NCBI RefSeq assembly: GCF_009914755.1
Contig: NC_060930.1
Origin: the human T2T-CHM13v2.0 reference genome, Homo sapiens
Strand: one strand, 5' to 3'
DNA: 64,000 bases
Shown: positions 19,707 through 34,544 of the stretch, in pieces
Layout: each line of letters begins with the position of its first letter
Position numbering within the stretch: position 1 is the first letter of the stretch
Program-made: the position numbers and the translations under genes
Notes under the pieces: generated by a model
Told to the model about the DNA's origin: nothing
The model's database searches: none
Seen by the model: only the letters and a program-made list of their open reading frames with translations

Positions 19707-19886
19707 CACAAACATTCTAAGCCCTCCTTGGCTTCCTTCACTGCTGAGCAACCAGGCACAGCCCCTGCTGCGGAACCTCCCCCCAACTCCTCCCCTCTTC
19801 TGTGCCTTCTGGAACAGAGAGTATTGGTGATTGCTTGCTTGTTTTACTTTTTTTTTTTTTGGTTAATAATTTTTTTAATTTTAATA

Positions 19887-20204
19887 CAGCCGGTGCTCTT
19901 TGTCTGGGTTCCACATCCACAGATTCAACGAAGCACAGATTTAAAATATTTGGAAAAAAGTTTTAAATTAAAAATAACAATACAGCAATAAAAATACAAA
20001 TAAAACTATAGTATAACAATTACTTAGATAGCGTTTACGTTGTCTTAAGTATTACAAGTAATCTAGAGATGATGTAAGGCATATGGAAGGATGCGTATAG
20101 GTTATATGGAAATACTGCATCATTTTATATAAGGGACTACAGTATCTTTGGGTCTGAGCATCCGTGGTGGTCCTGGAACCAGTCCCATCCCCCATACAAT
20201 ACTG
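19887..20204 (-). mobile_element. MER2 (Tigger-family) DNA transposon
   Basis: Reverse complement of the MER2 core (tacaagtaatctagagatgat...tcctggaacca). cag...ctg ends flanked by TA at 19885-86 and 20205-06. Confidence 0.85.
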
Positions 20205-20866
20205 TAAATAAAACATTTGTTTTTAAAGGTACATCAGCTTTATGAAATAAGTGAAACACTTTCCGTGATCTGAAAAATATCAAAGTATCCTCGCATTCCC
20301 TAATCCTTTCCAAAGCCCAGGGGGCAAAAGATAACTGGTCTTCAGGCATCTGCTATAGAAATGTGCAGGTTGGACAGTGCGTAACCCACCCAACTGCACC
20401 TGGAGGTCCAGCACAGAGTAGGTGCCAGTCACGAAGTGATCATTTAGTCACTTTTTATTATTATCTATGTATTTTCTAATGGGGAACTGAGATCCTGTGG
20501 GGTAATTTGCCCAAGGTCAGTTAGCAGACAGTGGAATTTACAGATGTGTAAGTGCGCACCTGTATGACTGCAAAGTCCATCCTCTCTCCTCAGGCGATCC
20601 CATGTGCCAAGGGAGGGAAAAGCTAAAACCTCTATCTTTGAAAACTGTAATTCTGTTTATATGTCTTGCAGCCAGAAAGAGAGTACTGGAAGGGCGATTC
20701 TGCTGGTTCTTAGAAGTAACTTTGACGCCAACCCTTACTACTTACAGCTCTGAAATGAGAAAGACGGTGATGTAGGCGTTACTGGTTGTGAGGATGGAAT
20801 TACACGGTACTGTGAATGAGGGGGGCACACAGTGTTTTTTGTTTCTTTGTTTCTGTTGATGCTGCC

Positions 20867-21352
20867 TGTTAGTTCAAACTGCACCATTTTGTAATCCCAG
20901 CCCCATTTCGCAGACCCTGGTCAAAGTGAAATATTCCACGGGGGTCGGACCACGAGAAATGTCCTGCCCAACCACCTGACTTTCTTGTTATCCCCTGCCC
21001 GGCAAAGCCCCAGCTGAAGGAACATCCTCATCATATCCTCTGCTGGGCAAAGATCCAAGGAACATTCTATCACATGCCCCCCAAAACAGGAACATTCTAT
21101 CACATCCCCCCAAAAACAGGGCCAAACCACCTTGTCATGGAACATCTTATCAACATCTTCTGGGAAGCAGGCTATACCCCCTAGTCCCCTCCCGCCCAGG
21201 CCTATAATTGCCCCAGCCTATAAGCGGCGGTCAGCACTGGCATTAACCTGGTCCCCCATCTCTGCAGGTCTTAGGCTGGACATAGAACCCGAATCGCTGG
21301 AGAGCTGCCAGTTATCTCTCTTTAACCCTTGCCTTCCCTTCCAAACATAACA
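20867..21352 (+). mobile_element. ERV solo LTR (probably ERVL class; family not determined)
   Basis: tgttag...taaca termini, about 486 bp, TATA-like ctataa motifs near 21202 and 21218, internal aggaacattctatcacat repeats, imperfect 5-bp TSD ctgcc/ctgga. Confidence 0.7.
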
Positions 21353-21575
21353 CTGGACAGATACTTGAAACGTGAACATTCTGGAAACCAAGAAGCTGCC
21401 AGGACCTTCACCTGCTCAGGTGGCTTCATCACCAGGTGCATTGGAATTCCACCTGTGAAAAGGTTACCGGAGTGTTTACTGCTTGTCTCTCTGGAACGTG
21501 CATGGTAGTTAGGCATCTTAACTATGACAGAAAGGTCGACATGAAGATGCCCAAGCTGCGTAAGGATGTCTAGGT

Positions 21576-21712
21576 ATGGGCACCAGAGAGGAAATGCTGT
21601 GTGCCCCTCGCCTGCAGTTCGTTATAAAGTAGGCTCACATGGGCAGCGGAGAGGAAACACTGTGTGCCCCTCACCTGCAGCTCATTATGAAGTAGGCTCA
21701 CATGGGCAGCAG
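21576..21712. repeat. 63-bp tandem duplication (about 2.2 copies)
   Basis: atgggca restarts at 21576, 21639 and 21702. The copies differ mainly by transitions. Confidence 0.85.
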
Positions 21713-24329
21713 GCCAGGTTTTTAGATAACCAACAATTAGAGATGAGGAAATGAACCTCTATGCTCAGAAATCCTTAGTAAACTAGTCAATCTCATAACT
21801 TCTAAAATAGTCCATCGCTTCCACACTGCGCAGTCAGGCAGAGAGGTGACAATAGGTGTTCTCCACTTTTCTTTCACAGATGGGCAGGAGGGACAAAGGG
21901 CCCCTCTGCCGGCCTTGGGAGGGATAGTGATGAGGAGTGCATCCCACCACGAGAGCTGCTCAGTTCTGGGGTTCAGCCTGTGCTACCCTCACTCCTGCTC
22001 CCTAGCGTAGACATTATGTGGAATTGCAGAGTATTGGTTTTGATCAAAAGAAAATAATTTGTTTTTAGGGCCTCAGTTTCTCCCAAGTCATCCCTTATGG
22101 CAGAACACAAATGCAGTTAAATTAATTCATCCACCCCTTACTTATATGCTATCAAGATCAGAAAGTCAATGATCAAATCAATATCAGGCCTTAAAAGCCC
22201 ATCTGTGGCTCTCCTATTGCTAAATATTTCATCAAAGCATTTGAGGCAGAAACATACTTAACGACAACATTATCAGCATAATGAATTGATGTGCCAGAAA
22301 CACACTGGATCTTCCTTGAGGCCAGACTTCTATGTAGAAATAGCCAAGAACTACTCAGCAGGCAAATTGCGTCTGCACATATTTCAGTGACTATGGCTGC
22401 TGTTTTGCTTATCCACTCCAGATAGCGCTTGAACACATCCTAAAACACTTGGCCACTGAATGCAACCCAAGGGTGAGGCCATTCTACCATCCCAACTAAT
22501 CCACGCATCCACCCGTCCTTTCATCCTACCCCTCATTCCAGAAAAAAAATTAAAAATTAAAAATCTTTGTCTACTATTGTTTCTTTGCTAGGACTGCAGA
22601 AATGCACAATGAATCCCCTACTTTAAAAATGCTCGGTGAAGAGGAGACCACTGGGGAGTAAAATGCAGTGTGATGTGAGCAGCAGTGGAGATGGGCGTGG
22701 ACCGGCAGAGGAAGGAGTGAAGGATTCACATCTCATAGGCTGCGGAGGCTTCCAGAAATACCACCTGTTCCAGGTGTGCAGGATGGGCGAGCGGGAGTTC
22801 CTTGTCAATCATGGGGGAGGGTCGGGGAGCATCAGTCAGAAGAACTGATGGGTTCCAAAAGGGAAGAGGTCACAAATAAGTGATTCCAGTTACTGCTTTT
22901 CAGCTATTAGACTCTGCTGTGCAAAAATGAACCGACTTGCAATAACTTAAAACATCTTTGTGCTTCCTAAGCTCTGGAGAAACTGAATAATGCTTTTAAG
23001 AAATTTTAGATAGAATGCAAAGCAAATGCTGGCCTGGCAGGAGGATGTGGGGTTGGGGGTGGGATGAGAATTCTTGGATGGGGCAGGGGCAGAGTCCGGA
23101 GGGAGTTTCAGTTTGGTCCTGAAGATGGCTGAAGAGTCATCAAGAGTCACTGAAAAATGTTTTACAGAGTGGGGTATCATCACTTCTTTCTAGAGAAATG
23201 ACTGTTGCTATACTTCATAGAGAATGAAGGGAACAGGGCTAAGAGCCAAGAATGACATCTCCAGTTCTAGGCACGTAAGCAATGGTGGCTGGCAGTGACA
23301 CTCCAAATTCTCCACCCTCCTCTTGATGTGTCAGGGAAAAGCCTCTCACCCATCCAAGGCCAAAGTGCTTTGCTCCTGGGCTCTCTTGCCCTCTTGCTTT
23401 TTCAAGGGCCCCGGTTCATTGGTCTGTTTTTCCATCTGTCTCTCTTTTCCTCTCCTCTCCTCTCTCTCACTCTCGCCATCTCTCTCTTGCATCATTCATC
23501 TTTGCTTTTCTATAGGAACATTTCTATCAGAAAATTAACATGTTCATTTTTCTCATCTCAAAAACACATATAAACAAGACCTTTGCATTGACTCTACACC
23601 TCTCTAAGGCAGGTATTCCATACAACAGATCCAGGTCAGAGTCTGTCACAAGGAAGCTGTTGGCCAGCCTGCCAAGGAGGAGGAAACACGAAGCTCTCGG
23701 TCCACCTGCGTTCTCTGTGAGGGAGCCTCCTACGGCACTGTTATCTGTGGCACAGGTGGGCTATTTCCACTTATCCCAAAGCTTCTCCTGTGGAGCCTGG
23801 ATTTTGCCCTAAAAGTAATTTTCTGCAATATAGCTTCATTTTTGGGTGGTATTTGAGGGCAAAATAACTATAAGACTCTGGAAGTTTGAAAAATCGATGA
23901 AGAAATGGTGCAGTCAGAACGCACCTCTTGAAGGGCTTCCTAACATCCCTTCCCCACGCCCCAACTCCCCAGCAAGTCTCTTTCCTCCTTTGGAAAGTAA
24001 AACAAACTTCATTCAATGACATTTGTGCATAAAAACTGCATTTCTTTATTTTCAAACTGTTGTTTATCACTCATCTACACCTGTTTCCAAAAGCTCCATT
24101 ATTTTTTCAACTGTGAAAATGATTTGGGCATCTTGGGTCAAGACAGGAGACATCATGATTCCCCCATTAAGTGAGAGGTATGTGGGCCATGAAAATCCCC
24201 CCAGCACACCCCATAGCCTCTGGTCACTCCCTTCAGAGACCACCCATCTGACCAGCTGCTTATACGACTTCCCACAGGCAGCCCGTGTAGACAAGAAAAT
24301 TCACTCACACCATCTCTCCGTCCTCTCTC

Positions 24330-24780
24330 TTCCACCATGACAGCGGGCCACTCCCACTTCCTCCACCTTGCTTTTTTCTCTTGGAAATCATTCCGGACTA
24401 GTGCATAAAGAGCACCTGACTTTTTACATGTCTGGGCAGTGTTCCATTGTATGGCTCTACTGTGATTTATTCCAGCCACAGACCACTGATGGACATATAG
24501 GCTCTTTCCATTCTTCTGCTATTAAATCCCACTGCTGGTCCTCCAGTCACTTCCTGTGTGTGTGAATCTGTAGGTAAACACAGAACTTGAGCACCTGGGG
24601 TGGAGTCGCCAAGTTTGTGCCCATGGGATGTTGAGAAAGAGCATCAAATTGTTCTCAGAAGGGTTATTACAGTTTGCTCAATCCCAGCAGTAATGAGAGT
24701 GCCTGCTTCTCCACCTCTTCATTACCAGATGGCATTTTCAAACACAAAGTCACCACACTGTCTGATCTTTGCCAATACAA
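24330..24780 (-). mobile_element. Old L1M 3' fragment
   Basis: ttccattgtatgg...tgatggacatataggctctttcca resembles an antisense L1M 3' end. Confidence 0.5.
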
Positions 24781-24923
24781 GGTTGCCAACAAGATGTCAA
24801 GAGAGAAGGAAAATCTACAATGAAACTGTGAAGGAAAAAAAAAACCCTAAGATGTTATAAAAGTACATTGTAACTGCAGTGGTGAGTCTTAAACTATTTT
24901 ACATAAGATGACCAGGGAAGGCC

Positions 24924-25705
<782 letters not shown>

Positions 25706-26042
25706 TTTGACTGCAACCTTCCAGAGGAGGTGACAAAGAGCCAGAGGAAGAGAATTCTTGGCATCAAGCTAGAGAATGTGGTGCAGACCTGACCCCCCTT
25801 TTCCAAAACTCCTGTGTGGCCTGACACTGGAGGTAGAACATTGGCTAGGGATGGGGGAGATGGTTCAAATCGTTGTCTGTTTTTTGTTGTTTGTGTTTCA
25901 TTGGTCGATTTGTTTATGATTAGAGAGATTGGAGGGATCCCATGTTGAGGGAATGGGGCCAGTGGAGTGAAAAATGTTGAAAGTCTGGGAAATAGGCGAC
26001 ATTTGATTTCATGACTTGGTATGTGTCTAAAAGGTGTGTCTG

Positions 26043-26404
<362 letters not shown>

Positions 26405-28604
26405 TAAAAGGTGTGTGTGACCTGCTCCAAGGGAATCTTGCCATAGACAAGGGGGAAAGAAATTCACTGTTGCTGGGGAAGGCAAAAGCAAACCAGAGGT
26501 GGAGTAGTCCAGTTCCCCAGATGCTTTCCGTCATCCTGATGTTAATGTAGTTCTTAGGAAAGCACACCTAAAAGCGAGGCCCATGTGGCTCCCGGGGGAT
26601 GATGTCCAGGCACTGCACGTGGGGCACGTGGCCCTCTCCAGCCTGGATTTGCAGAAATCAGAGGCCCTCATACTATGCCCTTTGAATTTCCGCAGGGAGT
26701 GGAATTGACCGAGTGCAAACGCAGGGTGACCTCTGCAAGCTCGCAGCGCCAACGCGGGAACCCCAGCATGGTCTGGCTGCAGAGTCTGTCTGATTGTCCA
26801 ATCAAACCCGCATCTGTGGGGAAACAAGACATGATTCCTACCAACTGTTTTTCAAAATATTTGGAGTTGCTGATTATTTACTGTTTCTGGTCCTTGTTTC
26901 ATATTGCTGATATATTCATTGGTAACAAATGGTTGCTCACATTTCTAAAAATGAAATAATGGGAGGCCTAGTGGTTCCTGAATACAAGGGCTAGAAAGGA
27001 ATGAATGGCGCCTCCCCGGGAGCTGTCCGCTCCTTCCCACTTCCACAAGCGTTTCCATTGAGGCTGAGGGTTGTTCCCCGCCCTTGAGAGTGGAGACCTT
27101 CCCCTTCCAGGGTAGATGGGTGGCCAAGGCTTGTCTTTCCCCCAGGGATTTTCCCAGCAGTACGGCAGACAGAAGGATTTTCTGTGTGTAGAACCTAGAG
27201 TGGGGGAACATCGCTACTTAGTTAAAAAAAAGCCTGAAGTTGTCCAAATAAGAACAAACATGGTTGACTTTTTAAATTCTTAAGGTTAGGAAATGTGAGC
27301 TGTCAGGGGGAAGACCTGAAGTCCTGGTTACTGGCCACCCTCTGGGCTGGCGGGGGAGGGATGGCCTCTGGGAGACTTTGGGCGCTTCCTTGATCTCTCT
27401 GTGCCCTTTGCTCCCTTCTCTATGCAGCACCACAACCCAGAGTAGCCTCCATTGACCGCCCTGCACTGTGCTGAGAAGAGTGCCACTCAACACCTGGAGG
27501 GTTCGCGTCAATTCTTTCCTTCTAGAATTCCCCACGTTTATCTACACAAGCCTGCACCCCACCCCACCCCCGCTCCTCAGAGGCACAGAACTGATTGGAA
27601 GCATGCCTGGAGACACGCTAACCTTTATTCTCTCCACCCTCTTCCCCTAAATACAATGACACCGACATTGGGTGTTTTGGGGGGAGGGAGCGGCACAGGA
27701 TAATTTAAAGCCATTGTAATTTTCGCTTTGTCCACTCTGGGCTTCCCTTCTCATTCCCGAATCCCAGAGGGGTTTATGACACAGGCAGAAAGCAGGCATT
27801 TGGAATGATTCTCCTTTCTTGTTCTTGGTGTTTGTTTTGGAAGCCGAATGTCATCGACTATATTGAAGGATTTTCTCGGAGGGAAAAGGAGACACAGCGG
27901 CCTTTGAGAAGGGGAGGAGGAGAGGGGAGTCCAGCCTGGAAAGAGAACACCAGCGTGGACGGTGGACGGGGACTCCTGCCTCAGCGATGGTGCTGCGCTG
28001 GCCTGCCCTCCACGGGGGCATCTGTCATCAGGACCCAGGCCAGGAGCAGCTTCGCAGGAATGCAGAGAGGCCTTCCTTGAACGCTTGGAACAAACCTGAG
28101 AGTCTCCTTGGACGTCCTTGGAGATGAGTGCGATAAAAATTCCCACCACCTAGCAAAAATGGAGTCATCAGACTTGAGATCTGCAAATGAATTGAACATT
28201 TTTCCTCCACCTGGACTGTAGAGTATGGCAGATGCCCAGTACAAGCCACATGTACTCTTCTTCCAAATAAGAGCGGCAGAGTGAGCGACCGTATGCCTGC
28301 CACCTAGGTGACAAAATTAATACTCCGACTTCCTTATCTGTCTCTCCGTCCACACTTTGTGCTGAAATCTTTGAGTTGGTAGTAAAGTTATGAGTTTTTA
28401 CCCTTAGATAATTCAGCACTCAGCAGGTCTGCTAAAGTAAAGACATTCTCTTTCTAAACCACAGACCATGGTTACTGAAGAAACCAAGTCATGACTTCTG
28501 TCTGCAGACACCTAGCAAATATTCACAGTTCCCACTTTCCACAAAATTTCTTCTATAGCTGTGTTTTCAAATAAGAATCCATATATTTGGTTATTACCCC
28601 CTTT

Positions 28605-29024
28605 ATTTATTTTTATTTTTTTATTATACTTTAAGTTCTGGGATACATGTGCAGAACATGCAGGTTTGTGACATAGGTACACATGTGCCATGATGGTTTG
28701 CTGCACCCATCAACCCGTCATCTAGGTTTCAAGCCCCGAATGCATTAGGTATTTGTTCTAAGTCTCTCCCTCCCCTTGCCCCCCACCCCCCGACAGGCCC
28801 TGGTGTGTGATGTTCCCCTCCCTGTGTCCGTGTGTTCTCCTTGTTCAACTCCCACTTACGATTGAGAACATGTGGTGTTTGGTTTTCTGTTCCTGTGTTA
28901 GTTTGCTGAGAGCTATAGTTTCCAGCTTCAACCATGTCCCTGCAAAGGACATGACTTCATTCGTTTTTATGGCTGTGTAGTATTCCACAGTGTATATGTG
29001 CCACATTTTCTTTATCCAGTCTAT
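28605..29024 (-). mobile_element. L1PA (L1PA7-like) 3' end, 5'-truncated
   Basis: ttattatactttaagttctgggatacatgtgcagaac..., with the ORF2 C-terminus on the minus strand ([14 protein letters not shown]). TSD cccccttt on both sides. Confidence 0.9.
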
Positions 29025-29360
29025 CCCCCTTTTAACAACTTTCTTTATATACATACAATCCAGCCATCTACAGTGCATTATGTACTGGTTTTCATGATAG
29101 TCACAGAGTCCTGCTCTTTTCACCTGAAACAGTCACACTTAAAAAAAACTATATTGACATTTTTAAAAGACCAGGCTGGTTGTCTTATACCCTGTCTACT
29201 TTTGGGATTTGTCTGATTATTTCATTCTGTGCTGTGGTTGAAATTACATTGGTTGATTCTAAATCAATAAAATGGAAGTTTGGTCTGAGGTTCAATTGGT
29301 TATAATTAGGTTGAATAGTTTGCTAACACTTCACAGGTGATTATCTGTGATTCCCACTGT

Positions 29361-29732
29361 TGACGCAGGAGAATGGAGTATGGAGGCAGGGAACATAAGG
29401 CCAGTTCACCCCCGTTAACTGTGACAGGAAATATCCTCTCCATAGGGTGTACACCACATAAATGGCTTTGTAACTTTACTTCATCCCTTCATTTACATAA
29501 GGTGTACACCAGGAAACCAATGGAAACCTCTAGAAAGTATTTAAACCCAAAACAATTCTGTAATGGGGCTCCTGAGCCCCTGTGCTCAGGCCCATTCCCA
29601 CCCTGTGGAATGTCCTATCATTTTCAATAAATCTCTGATTTTGTTGCCTCATCCTTTCCTTGCTTTGTTTGTGCGTTCTGATCAATTCTTTGTTCAAGAA
29701 GGCAAGAACCTGGACACCCTGCACTGGTAACA
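29361..29732 (+). mobile_element. ERV1 solo LTR, MER51-family-like
   Basis: tgacgcaggagaat..ggaggcagggaacataaggcc...aataaa...ctggtaaca, 372 bp. 4-bp TSD ctgt/ctat. Confidence 0.75.
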
Positions 29733-30224
29733 CTATCAGTGATGCAAAATTAGATCAGCTCACTCCTGAGGGGGTAGGCGGCCACCACGTCCTGTTACAG
29801 GAACAGTAAGCTTTCCCCTTTGCAATTAGCAGGGAGGCTGCAGGGTGACACATGACTCATGAAACTCCCCAGTTCCCTGAGCACCTGCCACCTCCATTCA
29901 TGCTCCTTGCCTGAATCCTTAAGTCAAGGGAGTTTGTAAATGTCCATTTCTTCCATATTGATGACTATCATTTCTTCCATATTGTTGAGATGTCATAATG
30001 TCATTCTGAAAAACAGCTTTCCCTCATCAATCTGGTATGTAATCTCCTAAATCGGGAAATATTTTATTCTATAGTTACTGCTTTTGAAGTAAGGAATTGG
30101 TGTAGTAGTCACCTCTAAAACCACCTAATGAATGTATTCCTTCTTTTTATTTTGAACGTTATTATGGACGTGGATTTTCTTTTTTTAATGTAATATAAAC
30201 AATCACAGTCATTCTTCATCTTCA

Positions 30225-31250
30225 TAGTTTTATTGAGAATGTGTTCAACATATCATAAAATGCGCCCTTTTAAAAGTGTACAATTTGTGGTTTCTGATCT
30301 ATTCACAGAGATTTGTAGCCATCACCACTATCTAATTTTAGGACATTCTCATTACCCCAGAAAAAAACCCATCCACATGCGCAATCACCCCCAGCCCCAG
30401 CCCTGGGAACCATTCATCTACTTTTGTGTCTCTATGAATTTGCCTATTCTGGACATTTTACATAAATGTGGCCTTTTGTGACTGGCGTCTTTCACTGAAC
30501 ATTCATCCATGTCGTGGCATGTATCGATTATTCAGTTTTTTATAAATCATGTTCTATTGTATGGCTAGGCCACTTTTGAGTGTTCATTTACTCAGCTGAT
30601 GGTCACTTACATTCTTTCCATTTTTTACATGAGTAATGCTGTATGAACATTCTTGCAGAGGTTTTAGTGTGGACGTGTGAACATATGTTTTTATTTATTT
30701 TGGGTATATACCCAGGAGTGGAATAGCTGGGTTATGTGGAACTCGATTTTTAACATTTTAGGGAAAGGTTAAAAACTTTTCCAAAGTGACTGCATCATTT
30801 TGCATCCCCACAGTGTATAAGGGTTGTAATTATTTCACATCCTCACCAAATTTGTTATTGTCTATCTTGTTTATTTTAGCCATCGCAGTGGGTGTGAAGT
30901 GGTATGTCACTGTGGTTTTGATTTGCATTTTTCCAATAACTAATGATGTTGAACACCTTTTCATGAGTTTACTGGCCATTTATGTATCTTCTTTGGAGAA
31001 AGGTCTATTCAAACCCTTTGTCAATTTTTTTAGTGGGGTTATATGTCTGTGAGAGCTCTGTATATATTTTGGATATGAGTCCTTTATCACATAAAGGATT
31101 TGTAGATATTTCCTCCCCATCTATGAGCTGACTTTTTACTTTTTGATGGGTTCCTTTAACTCACAAAGGATTTTAATTTTAATGAAGTTTGTCTTATTTA
31201 TTCCCTTGTTGCTTGTAGCATTGTTGTCATAGCTAGGAAGTACTTGCAGA
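30225..31250 (-). mobile_element. L1MB-like 3' region
   Basis: ttttattgag...aagtgtacaat...atcaccactatctaatttt; tatatacccaggagtggaatagctggg; ctttggagaaaggtctattcaaa. Confidence 0.8.
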
Positions 31251-31796
31251 CCCCACGGTCACTTGGGCCAGGTTTCTGCTAAAATGCCATCTCATCCATC
31301 AGAGGTGTTTATCACTGTCCATCAGCCTTTGTCCCTTCCCTTGCCCTATGTTTTTTCATTGCTGTTGCCATCGCCTGACACTTTACATAATCATTGCATG
31401 TTAATCATCTGTCTTTCTACTCAAGAACACACACTCTTTGACAGCAGGGTTTTAAATTCCTGTTGTGCATGGCTGGATGCCTGGTGGCTGGGATAGAGTG
31501 AGGCTTGTTATGTATTCCCCACAGCTGAGGAAATGATAGGCAGAGAAAAGAGAAGGCAACTGGTCCACAGGCAGAGCTGCGGCACACAATGCCACCTCCT
31601 ATGAAGCAAGGAAATTAGGCAGCTGAGCTTCTGCTAAACACATTGGAGGAATGCAAAAGAAGCCAAAAAAAAACAAAAAAAAACAAAGACAAAACAGACA
31701 TCATTGTTAAAGACCATGTGTCCAAGGACTTTGTGAATTGAAAATTATTTTACAAATAACAGTAAGTATCCTGGCAGAAGAGAGAGGCATCCCTGG

Positions 31797-32640
31797 TGTG
31801 ATGGTGAATTTCACACATCAACTTGACTGGACTACAGGGTGCCCAGATATTTTGTTAAATATTATTCTGGGTGTGTCTGTGAGGGTGCCTCTGGATGAGA
31901 TAAATGTTTGAATGAGTAATGTCTTTATCAGCTCAGACTGCTGTAACAAAAATACCATAAACAGAGTGGCTCATCAATTACAGAAATACATTTCTCATGG
32001 CTCCATTGGCTGGAAGCCAGAGGTCAGGATACCATCATGGTCTAGTGCCAGGGAGGGTCCACTTCTGGATTGCAGACATCTGACCTCTCCCTGTAGCCTC
32101 ACATGACAGAAATAGAGTGAGCTAACTCTCTGGCCTGCTCTTATGAGCTGTATTCCCATGACATAATTACCTTCCTAATGCTTCTCCTCCAAATATCATC
32201 GCACTGGGGATAATAGTTCAGCAAATGAATCTTTTTCAAAGGGATCACAAACACTCAGACCCTAACAGGTAGAACAAGTAATGCAGGTTGCCATCCCATG
32301 TGCTGGGCCCCAGCCAGTCTGTTAGAGGCCTTGATAGAACAAAAGGAGGAGCGGGAGACAGACAATCTGCTCTCTGCTACAGCTCAGACATCATTCTTTC
32401 CTGGCTCTTGGACTGAAAATCACACCATTGGCTCTCTGACTCTTAGGTCTTTGGACTCAGATTAGAACTTCTCCCAGCAGTTTTCCTGGGGCTCCAGTTA
32501 TAGATGGCAGATCATGAGACTCCTCAGCCTCTGTGACTGTGTGAGCCAATTCTTTATAATAAATCTCACTCTCTCTGTCTCTCCAGAGATCACAGACAAT
32601 ATATATATATAGAGAGAGAGAATAAGAGAAAGCTAATACA
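31797..32640 (+). mobile_element. MLT2 (ERVL) solo LTR
   Basis: tgtgatggtgaattt...caacttgactgg...ctaataca. Perfect 5-bp TSD cctgg at 31792-96 and 32641-45. Confidence 0.85.
31920..32267 (-). mobile_element. MLT1A-like LTR nested inside the MLT2
   Basis: tgtcttt.tcagctcagactgctgtaacaaaaataccata...cacaaacactcagaccctaaca. The MLT2 sequence resumes after it. Confidence 0.75.
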
Positions 32641-32670
32641 CCTGGTTAGATCCAAATGGACCATGAAGGT

Positions 32671-33035
32671 TGATATGGTTTGGCTGTGTCCCCACCCAAA
32701 TCTCATCTTGAATTGTAACTCCCACAGTTCCCACACATTGTGGGAGGAACCCAGTGGGAGGTGATTGAATTATGGGGGCAGGTCTTTCCTGTGCTGTTCT
32801 TGTGATAGTGAATGAGTCTCACAAGATCTGATGGTTTTAAAAACAGGAGTTCCCTGGAAAAGCTCTCTTTGCCTGCTGCCATCCATGTAAGACGTGACTT
32901 GCTCCTCCTTGCATTCTGCCATGATTGTGAGGCCTCCTCAGGCATGTGGAACTGTGAGTCCATTAAACCTTTTCCTGTATAAATTACTCAGTCTTGGGTA
33001 TGTCTTTATTAGCAACGTGAAAACAGACTAATGCA
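32671..33035 (+). mobile_element. THE1 (B/C-like) solo LTR
   Basis: tgatatggtttggctgtgtcccc...cagactaatgca. TSD aaggt/aagtt. Confidence 0.9.
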
Positions 33036-34544
33036 AAGTTAATAGGCTGTTGAATCATTGGATAAGTGTAGCACTTTTCTTCTGAAGGAAAAGCAACTCT
33101 TACAAAAAAAATGAGCAATTCCTTTACTGAGGAAAAATTAGCCACTGATAATACATGAATAATAGCACCTTGTTGTGACTCAATACTGTAATGCATGTAC
33201 TTACATATTAACTCCACAGTAAATTCTGTGTTATTCCCATTGCATAGTCACCAGTCACCAGCTTCATGTTAAATAAATCGCTAAGCTACTAGAACCAAGA
33301 ATGGGAGAGGCAGAATTGGCTACACCTGTATAGCAAATATGGAATTCACTGGTCTCGAATGCAAGTGTAAAAAAAAAAATTACTTTTCTAGAACTGTATT
33401 TAATTTGCCTTGAATTCCTAATTTCTCTAATTTGCTTTGAATTCCTAATTTATCTAATGCAAGAAACTTAATTCAGTCACCATGTTCAGGTAAATTCTCT
33501 AAACTCACTGCTTCTTGAATTCATTTAGGTTTTTAAATCATTTAAAAGCCTTTTCCCACATTCTTCTCCCGTCTGAGTTTTGGGTGTGAGTTCGAGGAGG
33601 TTGGAGGTTGAATGTGGACTCTGAAGCAGGAGTAAGTAAGGACCCTTGCTCTGCTGTGCTGCCCACATGACTGCCATTGTAAGGCCCTCGCTGGCTCTGG
33701 CCTCTGCCATCTGTCCTCACTGATGTACTCTGCGTCAGCCTATGCTTATCTGAGCCAGTGTTCACTGAGGCGGTGTGACCCCGTTGGACCTCAAACCCAT
33801 GGCATTGGGGCCATGAAGAACTGGACCCCACGTCATAACCACGAGTTGGTTCCCTTTGGGGCCACTGCCTGCACAGAGCTGTCAGACTTGGTGCACCTGG
33901 TCACCTCTGCTCTTGGTCATTTCTGTCCCCTGCCATGTTGGACTGTTCATGATGTTTGGGATGTACCACAGGCTCTGAGCTCTAGGACAAAAGCAGGCAC
34001 AAGGACCCTCTGCGTTATTCTGTGCACCTGCTCTGGGGGTTTTCTGCCCTGCCTTTCTATCCCCAAGGTTCCCACCTTGGTCGAGAGCAGGGCTGGGCCT
34101 GTTTTTGGAGACAGCCTGTTGTGAATTGCCTTCTTTCTCACATTCCTTCCTTCCTCAGTTCAGGCAACCCTCAGTCCTGGGGGCTCCTGAAAACATCTTG
34201 TTTAAGCCAGATTGTTACCCTGTAAACACGAAAACTTCTCCCAATACTTCATCTACTGTGAATTTCCAAATTATATTTTGAGAAGGAAAAGTGGAATGCT
34301 ATTTGTTTCTTTCTCTTAGACTTCCTACTCTTGCACTCCTCCAGGCAAGGAGTGAAGAGGAGCATTGTTCATGAGGAACTCGATGCTTTGGGACGAGGAT
34401 CCTGATGGATAACGTGAATGTTTTATGTGCCTTACTTTAGCCAGATGCAACCTTTACAAACAGGTACTGAAGCAAGGAGCATTTCAGGACATCATAGAGC
34501 TTACAGATGGAGTCTCAGAGCCTCGGTGGGCTCAGGTACATACC

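Larger units (their letters stand above)
19300..19800 (-). promoter_or_regulatory. CpG-enriched promoter / first-exon region of C6orf118
   Basis: Local cluster of CpGs (e.g. acggcgcgtccgtccgcgc) around the ATG exon, in otherwise CpG-poor DNA. Confidence 0.7.

Noticed and set aside
26616-26630. Tandem CACGTG E-boxes
   Set aside because: The 3-nt spacing matches neither ChoRE (5 nt) nor CLOCK:BMAL1 tandem sites (6-7 nt), and there is no other support.
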